A stretch of 64,000 bases of DNA from Sphagnum compactum (taxonomy: Eukaryota), in contig OZ234494.1 in NCBI GenBank assembly GCA_965153455.1, positions 8,618,001 through 8,682,000 on the forward strand, given 5' to 3'. Shown here piece by piece: positions 53,961 through 64,000 of the stretch (position 1 is its first letter; the number at the start of each line of letters is the position of its first letter). Both the position numbers and the translations under genes were made by a program. The notes beneath the pieces were generated by a model. The model had not been told where the DNA came from and ran no database searches. It saw only the letters and a program-made list of their open reading frames with translations.

Positions 53961-54880
53961 ATGAACAATGAATACTCTTTGAATCTGATCAACAATCGAG
54001 TTAAACAACTTTTGCATCACCGCAAATTACTCCCCCCCTGTACTACCCCCCACTTCGTGCCCTTTATAAGCTTCGTCAAAGTCACTTTATAGATTTTATT
54101 TATTGGAGCCTTCACTTGCTTTGGTGCTCGCAGAAAGGGCCCACCCAATCAGTAAAATTTTACGGCAAAAAATAATAATTTACTGTGCACATTGGAACTT
54201 TAAATTAGATTAAGTACGTTGTCCGGGCTTATACCATGTCTCCCAAAATTTATAAATCAGTACATATGGCGTAAGACGATCTCACATTTCGAGGTCGGAA
54301 TGGGATCGGGTGTTTTCACATCTTACCATAGTGCCCGGAGGCGCATAACGATTAATGAATAGAATAAAGAGCCTACCTGCCCAGTCGTAGGTTTCCTTTG
54401 TTCACTAAGGCAGGCTACATAGGTGCTCTTTGAACTGTGCTAGATAGTTGCCCATCACACGACTCTCTAACTTTACTTTTTTTGGATTTTTGTCAACCTG
54501 CCCTCGGCCGTTTTTTTAAGTGAGTTGCTTGTCAAAGCGTCCCGCTAAAGAGCCCACAAGGGAGATGATGGCGCAACAGGCTACGACAAATCAAACTTGT
54601 CTAGGTGCTTAGGAGCTTGCCGCCGCCTTGACAAGTGTATAGGCCCTTTTTATCTTGCTCGAGGCCACACTAGGAAATTTACAAGCTCACTCCATGCAAG
54701 ATGGAGATTGACGTTTTTACCTTTAAGAAAAAGACCTTGGCCTCCTCTTCAGCGCTTTTATATTACATTACTAAGTCCCTTTCAGGTAGGCAAAACCTCC
54801 TATTTCTAGGGCGCAAAGCGCGCTTTCAAAGAAGGAACGTAATCATTGACAATCAACATGCTACGACTTCTAATCACTTG

Positions 54881-55970
54881 TGTCGCAACCCTAGCCTTTG
54901 GCTTGCGACCAAGGCAAGGGGGTTGTGAGGTTGCGGGCCTAGTAGTAGACCCGGGAGGCACATCACATGCTCCCGGGAGTGCAAGGAGTGCAAAGAGTCC
55001 AGAGAGTGTGAGGGAGTGAACCCTCACACTCCCAAGTGAACTCCCACGTTGGGAGTTGGTGAGAGTTGGAGTCCCGGAGGGACTCCCGAAACTTCAGAGA
55101 GCGTTTTGAGGGGTCAAAACTCCATGGCTTGTTTTGCTCTTTATATCAATGGAAAGCTCTTGAAGTGTAGATGTCCAAAATGGGCTCGCATTGCTCATTT
55201 GGACATCTGAAACACAAGTTATGGCCAAAAGAAGGCCCGGGAGTCGAATTCCCGGGAGTCGTCCAGTTTTGACTCCCGACCACTAAAAGTCGGGAATCGA
55301 CCCGAAATACTGGGCTGCAGAGGACGTGCGACATACCGTTGGAAAGGTCTCGACGAGATCTACAACTTTGCTTCAGACCGCATCGCGATCCGAGGTCTGC
55401 TCGCAATGTTATGGGGCTCCAAAGTCGCGGGAGTCCCATTTGGCGCGATTTCGGGACTCCCACGCGGGAGTCCCGGGAAAAATAGCCATTTGGATGTAGC
55501 CTCCGTGGAGAGTCACAGAGTATACTATAAGGGGGGAAGTGGTTGGCTTCCCCAAGGGGGAAGGTGCTGGCTTCCCCACCAAAGGGAGTGAGGTGGTGGC
55601 TTACTCCCGAGCCCGGAGTGTGTGTGTGTTCAAAGTGAGTCCGAGTTCACCCGTGGCTTGTCCCAACACCAAAAAGGATTCAACATGAGTCCCAAGGGGG
55701 AAGGTGATGGCTTCCCCAAGGTCCGGGCCGTGGCTCTTCCTAGCACCAAAGGTGCTCCAACTTTGGACTAACCACTTGGAGTGGTTAATGGAGGGTCCGT
55801 GTGAGTGAGTCAAGCTTGTCAACTCTTCCTAGTCCCATCCCGGAGCTCCAACACACCCTTCTACCCCTCAAGTGTTGTGAGCTAGGGAGCGGCTCCAAGT
55901 TCCAACCGCTTCCGCATTGCCGCATACTTGGACCCTCGAGTGGGTCCACAAGGAACTTGGGAGCGCGTCA
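54881..55970 (+). repeat. 5' LTR (1090 bp)
   Basis: TGTCGCAACC...GAGCGCGTCA. ORF-track translations are identical to those of the 3' LTR at a constant 3531-bp offset. Confidence 0.97.
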
Positions 55971-55972
55971 CT

Positions 55973-55984
55973 TGGTATCAGAGC
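55973..55984 (+). promoter_or_regulatory. Primer-binding site (initiator tRNA-Met)
   Basis: TGGTATCAGAGC 2 nt after the LTR CA, the canonical plant tRNAiMet PBS. Confidence 0.95.
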
Positions 55985-56019
55985 TCCGGTGAGCTCGATC
56001 CACTTCTTGGAGAGTTCCG

Positions 56020-57011
56020 ATGGCACCAAAGAAGTCCCGCAAGGTAGTCCAAGAGACCGTGGTGGAAGAACCCACGCAAGAGTTGGATGTTCCACCCCAA
56101 GCCATAATGGGGGATGAACAAAATGTTTCCGAAGGTGAGGAAGACCGTGATAGCCATGAGGACCATGAAAATGAAGAGGAGCAATCAAATGCGGTGCTCT
56201 TCACCCCGGAACAATTGGAGGTCCTACTCAAGATGAATAGGCCCGATTTCGGTGAATTAGTTGCGGCCCTCAAGGGAGGATCACCCAAAGGTGTGGAGTT
56301 CAAGCCCGCTAGGCCCGGGAACTTTGATGGGGCCCGGGACCGAAAGGTTGTGGATGCTTGGCTTGCGGAAATGGAAGATTACCTCCATGCCGCCAAGGTT
56401 GGTCGGCACTCGGCCGTGGAACTTGCCCAATCCTAATTGAAGGGGAATGGAGCCGAGGCCAAGAAACCTCAAAGGGGGAAAAGCCCAAACAATTCCAAGG
56501 CTCGGATTTTAAACCCAAAGGAAATTTTGTGAAGAAAGGGGCTCCTTTCAAAGGGAGCCAACCCAAGGGAGATGCTAGTGGGAAACCCAAAGGAGTGTGC
56601 TTCAATTGTAATGAAGTGGGGCATCACTCTAAGGATTGCCCCAAACCCAAATCGGGGAGTGGGGTTTCTAAGGGACTTCCCACAACTTCATAACCAAGAA
56701 AGTGCGAAAAGAATGGAGCTCCCCTTGGAGGAGCTCAAGGCACCCATGGAGGTGCACTTTGCGGATGGGATTCCCCATCCCACCAAGTTGTGAGCCAAAG
56801 ATGTGCCCCTCCAATTGGGAAATTGGAGAGGCAAGGTGGACTTTTAGTTTCCACCTTAGGGGGAATGGAATTCATCACCCGTGACAATGTGCTCATGGAA
56901 GGGCACAATAGGCTAGTTAGGATCCCATCCAAGAATGGGATCGCGCGAGTGAAGGCACATGAAGTGCCTAGTGTGGGTGGGACCACAATCCACTTGATGT
57001 TGGGAAATTAA
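56020..57011 (+). pseudogene. Truncated gag (N-terminus plus zinc knuckle) and partial aspartic protease
   Basis: MAPKKSR...FKPARPGNFDGARDRKVVDAWLAEMEDYL...AQS* is followed by a deletion/frameshift to CFNCNEVGHHSKDC. The protease remnant (LEELKAPMEVHFADG) lacks the D-S/T-G catalytic motif. Confidence 0.9.
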
Positions 57012-57691
57012 GTTCCAAAAGGAAGTTCAACTTGGGTTGGGCAACCCCCAAGTGATGCAAGTGAGGAAGTGCTCATGGTCACACAACTTGAAGAAGCAAA
57101 AGAAATATAGACCGTGATGAGGACATCACCTTTCTTTTAGGGGGTGGAAAGGTACACAAATGTACCACATCAAGTTGTAAGTGAAATAAAGGCTAAGTTT
57201 TTGAGCTTCCAAGAGATTGCATCACAAACAAGAGATTGCATCACAAACATAGAGATTGCATCTCAAACAAACAAACAAACAAACAAAAAAAAAAAAAAAA
57301 AAAAAAACCACAATAAAAAGGGGTTGTCAAGTGGCATGGGCAAATGGAACTCTCTCGCGTACGCCCAAATCAAAATCGGACTCCACTTAGAGGCTAGGAG
57401 AAATCTTGGTCCCAAAAGAGGAGGTAAGCAAGGTCAGCTTACGGGGACGTGCACATGCCCAACGTGCATCCCAAAGGGTTGGTTGGTAGTGGCGGCCAAC
57501 GCGGGGAGTCATGACCCCGTTCATGTACTATAATCGTGTAGCTTGGGACTTAGGCCTTTGCAAAGCCTAAACGTTGCTTCTCGTACCTTGATAAGCATAC
57601 CTTTTCGTGAAGGCTTGGTTGTTGTGACCGAGGCGCGAGATGGGGGAAAGGAGTCATGTCAAGTAGCTTGAGTCAAGAGTAGACTTGACTT

Positions 57692-58150
57692 GAGTTCCTC
57701 ATGAGGGAAAGGATGAAATAGTTCCTCCCAAATGAGGGGGGGGTCTAAGAGAGACCCTCTTGGACTTGTCAAGAGAGTGTTGGAAGCTTGGGGGACGCCC
57801 GAGTTAGCTTGAGACAAGGTCCGAGCCGCAAGGTGTCGGCTCGAGTTCCTCATGAAGGAAAGGATGAAAGAGTTCCTCCCGAGTGAGGGGGGGGGTTTAA
57901 GAGAAACCCTCCCGGACTTGTCAAGAGAGTGTTGGAAGCTTGGGGACGCCTAAGTTAGCTTGAGACAAGGTCCAAGCCGCAAGGTGTCGGCAAATGATGA
58001 CTCATGAGGGGAAGGATGAAATAGTTCCTCCTGAGTGAGGGAGGGGGTTTAAGAGAAACCTTCCTCGACTTGTCAAGAGAGTGTTGGAAGCTTGGGGGAT
58101 GCCCGAGTTAGCTTGAGACAAGGGCCAAGCCGCAAGGTGTCGGCAAATGA
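57692..58150 (+). repeat. Three ~151-bp tandem repeats in the 3' non-coding region of the LTR element
   Basis: CTCATGA..GAAAGGATGAAA.AGTTCCTCC...GACTTGTCAAGAGAGTGTTGGAAGCTTGGGG...CCGCAAGGTGTCGGC occurs three times. Confidence 0.92.
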
Positions 58151-58411
58151 TGGCCAAAGATCCAAAAGAAAGCAAGTGCAATTGTGTGGGTGAAAACCCT
58201 AAGTGTCAATGAGGACATTGACCTCTTCTTCTAGTGAGGGAGAGTGTCGCAACCCTAGCCTTGGCTCAAGGCCAAGGCAAGGGGGTTACAAGGTGCAAGC
58301 CTAATAGTAGACCCGGGAGTCACATCGCATGCTCCCGGGAGTGCAACCGTGAGAGAGAGAAAACTCTAAGTGTCAATGAGGACATTGACCTCTTCTTCTA
58401 GTGGGGGAGAG

Positions 58412-59501
58412 TGTCGCAACCCTAGCCTTTGGCTTGCGACCAAGGCAAGGGGGTTGTGAGGTTGCGGGCCTAGTAGTAGACCCGGGAGGCACATCACATG
58501 CTCCCGGGAGTGCAAGGAGTGCAAAGAGTCCAGAGAGTGTGAGGGAGTGAACCCTCACACTCCCAAGTGAACTCCCACGTTGGGAGTTGGTGAGAGTTGG
58601 AGTCCCGGAGGGACTCCCGAAACTTCAGAGAGCGTTTTGAGGGGTCAAAACTCCATGGCTTGTTTTGCTCTTTATATCAATGGAAAGCTCTTGAAGTGTA
58701 GATGTCCAAAATGGGCTCGCATTGCTCATTTGGACATCTGAAACACAAGTTATGGCCAAAAGAAGGCCCGGGAGTCGAATTCCCGGGAGTCGTCCAGTTT
58801 TGACTCCCGACCACTAAAAGTCGGGAATCGACCCGAAATACTGGGCTGCAGAGGACGTGCGACATACCGTTGGAAAGGTCTCGACGAGATCTACAACTTT
58901 GCTTCAGACCGCATCGCGATCCGAGGTCTGCTCGCAATGTTATGGGGCTCCAAAGTCGCGGGAGTCCCATTTGGCGCGATTTCGGGACTCCCACGCGGGA
59001 GTCCCGGGAAAAATAGCCATTTGGATGTAGCCTCCGTGGAGAGTCACAGAGTATACTATAAGGGGGGAAGTGGTTGGCTTCCCCAAGGGGGAAGGTGCTG
59101 GCTTCCCCACCAAAGGGAGTGAGGTGGTGGCTTACTCCCGAGCCCGGAGTGTGTGTGTGTTCAAAGTGAGTCCGAGTTCACCCGTGGCTTGTCCCAACAC
59201 CAAAAAGGATTCAACATGAGTCCCAAGGGGGAAGGTGATGGCTTCCCCAAGGTCCGGGCCGTGGCTCTTCCTAGCACCAAAGGTGCTCCAACTTTGGACT
59301 AACCACTTGGAGTGGTTAATGGAGGGTCCGTGTGAGTGAGTCAAGCTTGTCAACTCTTCCTAGTCCCATCCCGGAGCTCCAACACACCCTTCTACCCCTC
59401 AAGTGTTGTGAGCTAGGGAGCGGCTCCAAGTTCCAACCGCTTCCGCATTGCCGCATACTTGGACCCTCGAGTGGGTCCACAAGGAACTTGGGAGCGCGTC
59501 A
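58412..59501 (+). repeat. 3' LTR (1090 bp)
   Basis: Preceded by the PPT at 58400-58411; apparently identical to the 5' LTR. Confidence 0.97.
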
Positions 59502-59739
59502 ACTTGCTACCACCACTAGAATCAATTAAAATAGTAGCTTGAAATTTCAATCTACAGAAAGCCCAACCAAGTAAACCCTAAAAATATATAATCTATTAGA
59601 TAGTCGACAATGTGAACTTTTAGATACAAACTTGACAAACAATTGACTAATATAAATTTCCAGATTTTGAATGCAAGTAAAAATGAGAAAGTGCAAAGAA
59701 ACTTACTTGGTAGAATTGTTGCTAAAGATGCATCAAACC

Positions 59740-61560
59740 GGTTAGTCCACCAATCAGGATGCAAAAGCTCATCACAAATTAAACATTTATTGCTATCTCT
59801 TAGAACTTCAACCAAATAGAAAGGATGATAGGTGTGCTTGCAAGAAGTGACAACAACATCGTAACAATCATAGCCTCTATTACAAAATCCACAAGGTTTT
59901 ACAACAATGAAATTGTGATTTTCTACAAATTCTGTAGTCAATGTTGAATGGGTCCAAATTCTTTAAGGTGTACCAAAATCTTATCACAATGTCACCATTT
60001 TTAATCTTTTTACCTAGTCCTTATTCACCATGTAAAATCACATTTATGAATGATTATGATGGAATCTAAAATTATAATGGTCTAAATATAGTCCTTCTGA
60101 AAATTTTGACAACTTTTGATTCAATATTTTTATGGGGATCAAAATATAAAATAAAGAAAGACTACAATAAGGACTAGGCCCTTTTCATCCTATGTGGTAC
60201 ACCTTAAAGGATTTTCACCGGAATGTAATATTAGCTTAGGCCAAAATGAAACACCCTTTCCACACTCCATTTGCCATAATTGGTCTTGAACACCCTTTTT
60301 TTCCTTTCTAGTAGAGACAATTGTTTGCTAATGTCATGAAGAACACAATAAAGGTTTTGGTGCTCAACTTGATAATCGTGGAACAATTTTTCACCTCACA
60401 CTACACGTTTGATTTTAACATAGCCTTTCTTTGAGTAATTTAAATCACTCTCCAAAGTGTGATGTTTTCGACAAACTACATCACATTGGTGTATTAATTC
60501 TTTCAAACAATCCTCTTCTTTCATACGAACTTTTGCAATAGGAGTAATCTCAATTTGAGAATGCTACATCTGTATCTGCACTAAGAAAAATAAAAAACCT
60601 TAGAGTTCAAGAATATCAAGCACAATCACTTTCCAAAGAACATAATTAAAACATAAATCTTTGAACAAAATTTTTGACCTAGAAAATCTGCAACCTGTAG
60701 AAAAAAAAAGATGAAAATATCACGACAAAATGTACTTTCTTTTCAAGTTTACAAATTCATTGCAAGATCAACTTTACTTTTTGTTCCACTATTGGTATTG
60801 TGTTGTGTGCTTCCATTGCAATAACTTTTCGTTCCTCATGCTGAACCTCAATCTTATTAATTTTCCTCTAATTGTTTCTTCTCACTATTTGTGTCATCTG
60901 CCTTTGTAAATGCCCACTTCTCCAAGGAATTTCATACAGACATGAATTTTACCACTTTAAGCCTTTGACCTTTAAGGTGGATTTGATGTCCATTGTCAAC
61001 TTATTGTCGAATTGCATAGATTCGTTTCTTTTGACATTCAAATATGAGAGTTCCAAACTTCCATTCTTGAGTCTCCCCACCTCTTTCCTATGAGTCTTTT
61101 CTTAAGCTATCAATGTTGTTGCTTTTGCGCAATTAACCTCGTGGCCCTTCTCTTGTGCTGTGTACCCTTTCATTAACCATAGCACGAAGTCATTGTTGGT
61201 CATAGTAAGTAGACCGTAAATCTACCAATGGAGCCTCTTCAAGTTTTGTTTTATTTTAAGATGAAGCAGTGATTTCATTAATTAGCTTCAAGCTACACTT
61301 GGGTCCAAAAACCTCTAACAAATCTTTCTCATAGGCCTCTACATTGGTAAGGTCTATTTTTGGATTGAAACCTTTGTTACTCAAACACTTAATAGTTGCA
61401 AAATACTCTTATGTTTGGAGCCAATAATTTACAAATTCCCAAGGTGGAAATTATATCTCCTTTTGATCTTGCACTCTTCTTTCACCATTTTGCTTCACCG
61501 CTTTGGATTTCTTCACAAACAAACAAAAAAACCCTAAGTTTCAAAAACTATAATGCTAAC
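59740..61560 (-). pseudogene. Decayed coiled-coil plus RING-finger gene, interrupted by a MITE
   Basis: CGFC...SCKHTYHPF(Y)...KCLICDELLHPDWW has RING-type ligand spacing with one Cys replaced. Removing the MITE and one TSD copy restores ...WPKLILHSTLTTEFVENH.... The upstream limit is approximate. Confidence 0.55.
59950..60220 (-). mobile_element. MITE, second copy of the 39119-39392 family, 4-bp TSD
   Basis: GGGTCCAAATTCTTTAAGGTGTACCA...TGGTACACCTTAAAGGATTTTCACC(G). TSD GAAT (59946-59949, 60221-60224). Confidence 0.9.
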
Positions 61561-62643
61561 AACAACCTCCCAAATGCATAAAAATAACTTCTAAGCTTGG
61601 TGATTCAAGAGCACAAGAGCAAAAGAAAAAATATGGGAAGCTCAATTTGATTTTGCACATAATCAACTTTGAAGTTTGAGACTCAATTGAGCTTGCATTT
61701 GAGTGAAAGAAGTGCACACATGTTTTGGCCTATCGGGAGTCCAAAGGCATGTGACAAGTGTTGTTGATTTAGAACGCGTGTGTGGTCACGACACCATTTC
61801 AAAATACTAACTATCAGGGGTTCAAATTGACATCCTTTTCATCCATCCTGCCTAATTAATCTTGACGTGCCACATCATTGTAAAAAAATATTGATTGCTT
61901 TGTAAGCATTACAAAAAAAGGCAGGTTTGGCTCTTATTTGTGTGATTTTACTCTCATGTGTGGCTGTGTGGTCTCCCCTATGATCACAACAAAGTAGGTG
62001 TATCCTTGTTGGATCTATGGCTTAGTCACATATGCATTGAGAATGACTACAAGTTGTGGGATGGGGGAGGTCCAATTTGGTGCGTAATGTTGAAGAAAAA
62101 ATGTTAAAGGCCATCCTAAAAGATAAGATGACTAGGCGGGTAGAAAGTCAAACATTTGAACTTGGGCCTGCACAATATTTTAACCAAATGCCATGACAAT
62201 TTGAAGACAACTCTAAGATGATGCTGAAAAATGAATGCTCATGTATGCTCTCTGAAATGTTTTCATGAAGATGATTCATTCCTCTATTTGATAGTTGCTC
62301 AATGGTGGGATGGAAACTTGAGCAACTAGAGGTAGAAGGTCATGAACCCACCTAAGGTGAGTTTGGAATGGAAGTGGACTTAAACTGTTGGCCCCTATAG
62401 CCCCCAATAAAAATGGGTGGCCATTTTACAAAAATTTAGATGTGATGATTGGGGTGACAATCCCCCAATTCTTCAAATACGTTGTTGGGGAGATAACCTC
62501 CGTAAAGACAAGACTTATCCCACCTTTGGAAATGGGAAAAAAGGCTTGTCGACAAACTAAGGGAGCGTCTGGACACTCCAAAGAACCTAGCCTTAAGAGT
62601 TTCCTAAATATGCAAATGAAGGTCGAATAAAAAAAAGCTAGTT

Positions 62644-64000
62644 TGACGCTCTCCTAAGTCCCTTGTTGAACCCACTTGAGGGTCCAACTATATAGAGTTG
62701 CGAAAAGTTGGGACTTGGGGGCCGCTCCCGACTTCCAACACTAAAGAGGGGTAGAGGGGCGTGCTAGAAGTCCCGGGATTAGACTAGGAAGAGGACAAGC
62801 ATTTCACCTACTCAAATCTGCATCAAAACCAACCCCAAGTTGGTTAGAACCCATTCTGCACCCTTTTGGTGTTGGGACAAGCCACGGGCTAACTCGGATT
62901 CACTTGACTCACCACGGCCCGGACTCGGGGGAAGCCACCACCTTCCCCCATATAGTATATTCTGCGTCTCACCGCGGAGGCTACATCCGAATGGCTCTTT
63001 TTCCCGGGACTCCCAAGTTGGAGTCCCGAAACTGTCTCGGGTTGGAGTCCCGAAACTTTGGGAGCTCGTATCTCCCGGCTTCGACCTCTGATTGGAGTGA
63101 GGTCTGAACCAAAGTTGTAGCCCTCTTTGAGAGCTTTCCAACGCCATGTCGCACTCCTTCAGGCGACGTCGGAAAAGGGTCAATTCCCGACTTTTAGTGG
63201 TCGGGAGTCAAACTACCAGTTTGACTCCCGGCCCTTCTTTTGCCCATAACTTGGGCTGCAGATGTCCAAATTGCCAATGCGAGGGCATTTTAGACATCTA
63301 CACTTCAAGACATTTTCATTGATATAAAGAACACATCAAGGCGAGGTGTTTTGACCCCCTGTAATTGCTTCTGAATTTTCGGGAGCCTCGGAGGACTCCA
63401 ACTTCCCACTTTTGGGAGTGTGGGCTTCACCCTCACACTTAGCCCAAAGTGGGGTTGCGACACTCTCCCCCACTAGAAGAAAAGGTCAATGTCCTCATTG
63501 ACACTTAGAATTTTCTCTTACAATTGCAATTGCCTTCATTTGGATCCTTGGCCATTTTTGCCGACTTTTGCGGCTTGGACCTTGTCTCAAGCTAACTTAG
63601 GCGTCCCCAAGTTTCCAACACTTTCTTGACAAGTCCAAGAGGGTCCTATAGAAAACCCTCTACCAACGCTTCGTCAAAAGAGGACTAAACTAGCCTAATT
63701 TGACGAAGCTCCTCATTTGGGAGGAACTTTTTCATTCTTCCCCTCATGAGGAACTTAAGTCAAGTCTACTTTTGACCTAAGCTACTTGACATGACTTTTT
63801 TCCCTATCTCGCGCCTTGGTCACAACAACCAAGCCTTAACAAAAAGGTTTGCTTATCAAGGTACGAGAAGCAACACTTGGGTCTTACCAAAACCCAAGTC
63901 CCAAAATACACGATTAAAGTACGCGAGCGGGGTCATGACTTCCCGTGTTGGCCGCCACTACCAACCAACCTTTTGGGATGCACTTAAAGCATGTGCATGT
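62644..64000 (-). mobile_element. 3' LTR (62644-63462), PPT and 3' internal region of a related LTR retrotransposon subfamily, running off the window end
   Basis: Minus strand reads PPT AGTGGGGGAGAG then TGTCGCAACC...GAGAGCGTCA (819 bp). 63463-64000 is homologous to ~57450-58410. Confidence 0.92.

Larger units (their letters stand above)
54881..59501 (+). mobile_element. Young non-autonomous Ty3/Gypsy-derived LTR retrotransposon (4621 bp; gag and protease remnants only)
   Basis: TG...CA LTRs at 54881-55970 and 58412-59501. TSD ACTTG (54876-54880, 59502-59506). PBS TGGTATCAGAGC and PPT AGTGGGGGAGAG. RT, RNase H and integrase are absent. Confidence 0.97.

Noticed and set aside
55146-59529. Duplicated small ORFs (MGVPKSRQ..., MLWGSKVA..., MTSLTHSH...) as genes
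   Set aside because: They lie inside the two LTRs and simply reflect LTR identity and high GC content.
39119-60220. The two inverted MITE copies as the TIRs of one 21-kb element
   Set aside because: Each copy has its own complete TIR pair and its own distinct TSD (TGGT vs GAAT), so they are independent insertions.

Overview
AT-rich eukaryotic nuclear DNA, very probably from a land plant. The repeat families suggest a bryophyte such as a peat moss, but that is inference. Only one gene looks intact: a two-exon SKP1/ASK gene on the minus strand (17929-17630 joined to 16238-16065, 157 aa). The rest is layered transposon material. It includes a decayed Ty3/Gypsy element (1-~8690, minus) with a non-autonomous CACTA in its LTR, and cytochrome P450 and tandem-B3 gene fragments between ~280-bp inverted repeats (8914-13567). 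There is a three-level nest of old CACTA, pol-less LTR element (22545-32032) and younger CACTA, plus a second CACTA family. A non-LTR retroelement remnant carries a restriction-like endonuclease. A decayed Sola2-type transposase is accompanied by two MITEs with GGG..CCC ends and 4-bp TSDs. A young, internally deleted LTR retrotransposon has apparently identical 1090-bp LTRs (54881-59501), and the 3' end of a related element lies at the window end. I found no prokaryotic features, rRNA/tRNA genes or CRISPR arrays. All family assignments come from motifs read by eye; no searches were run.
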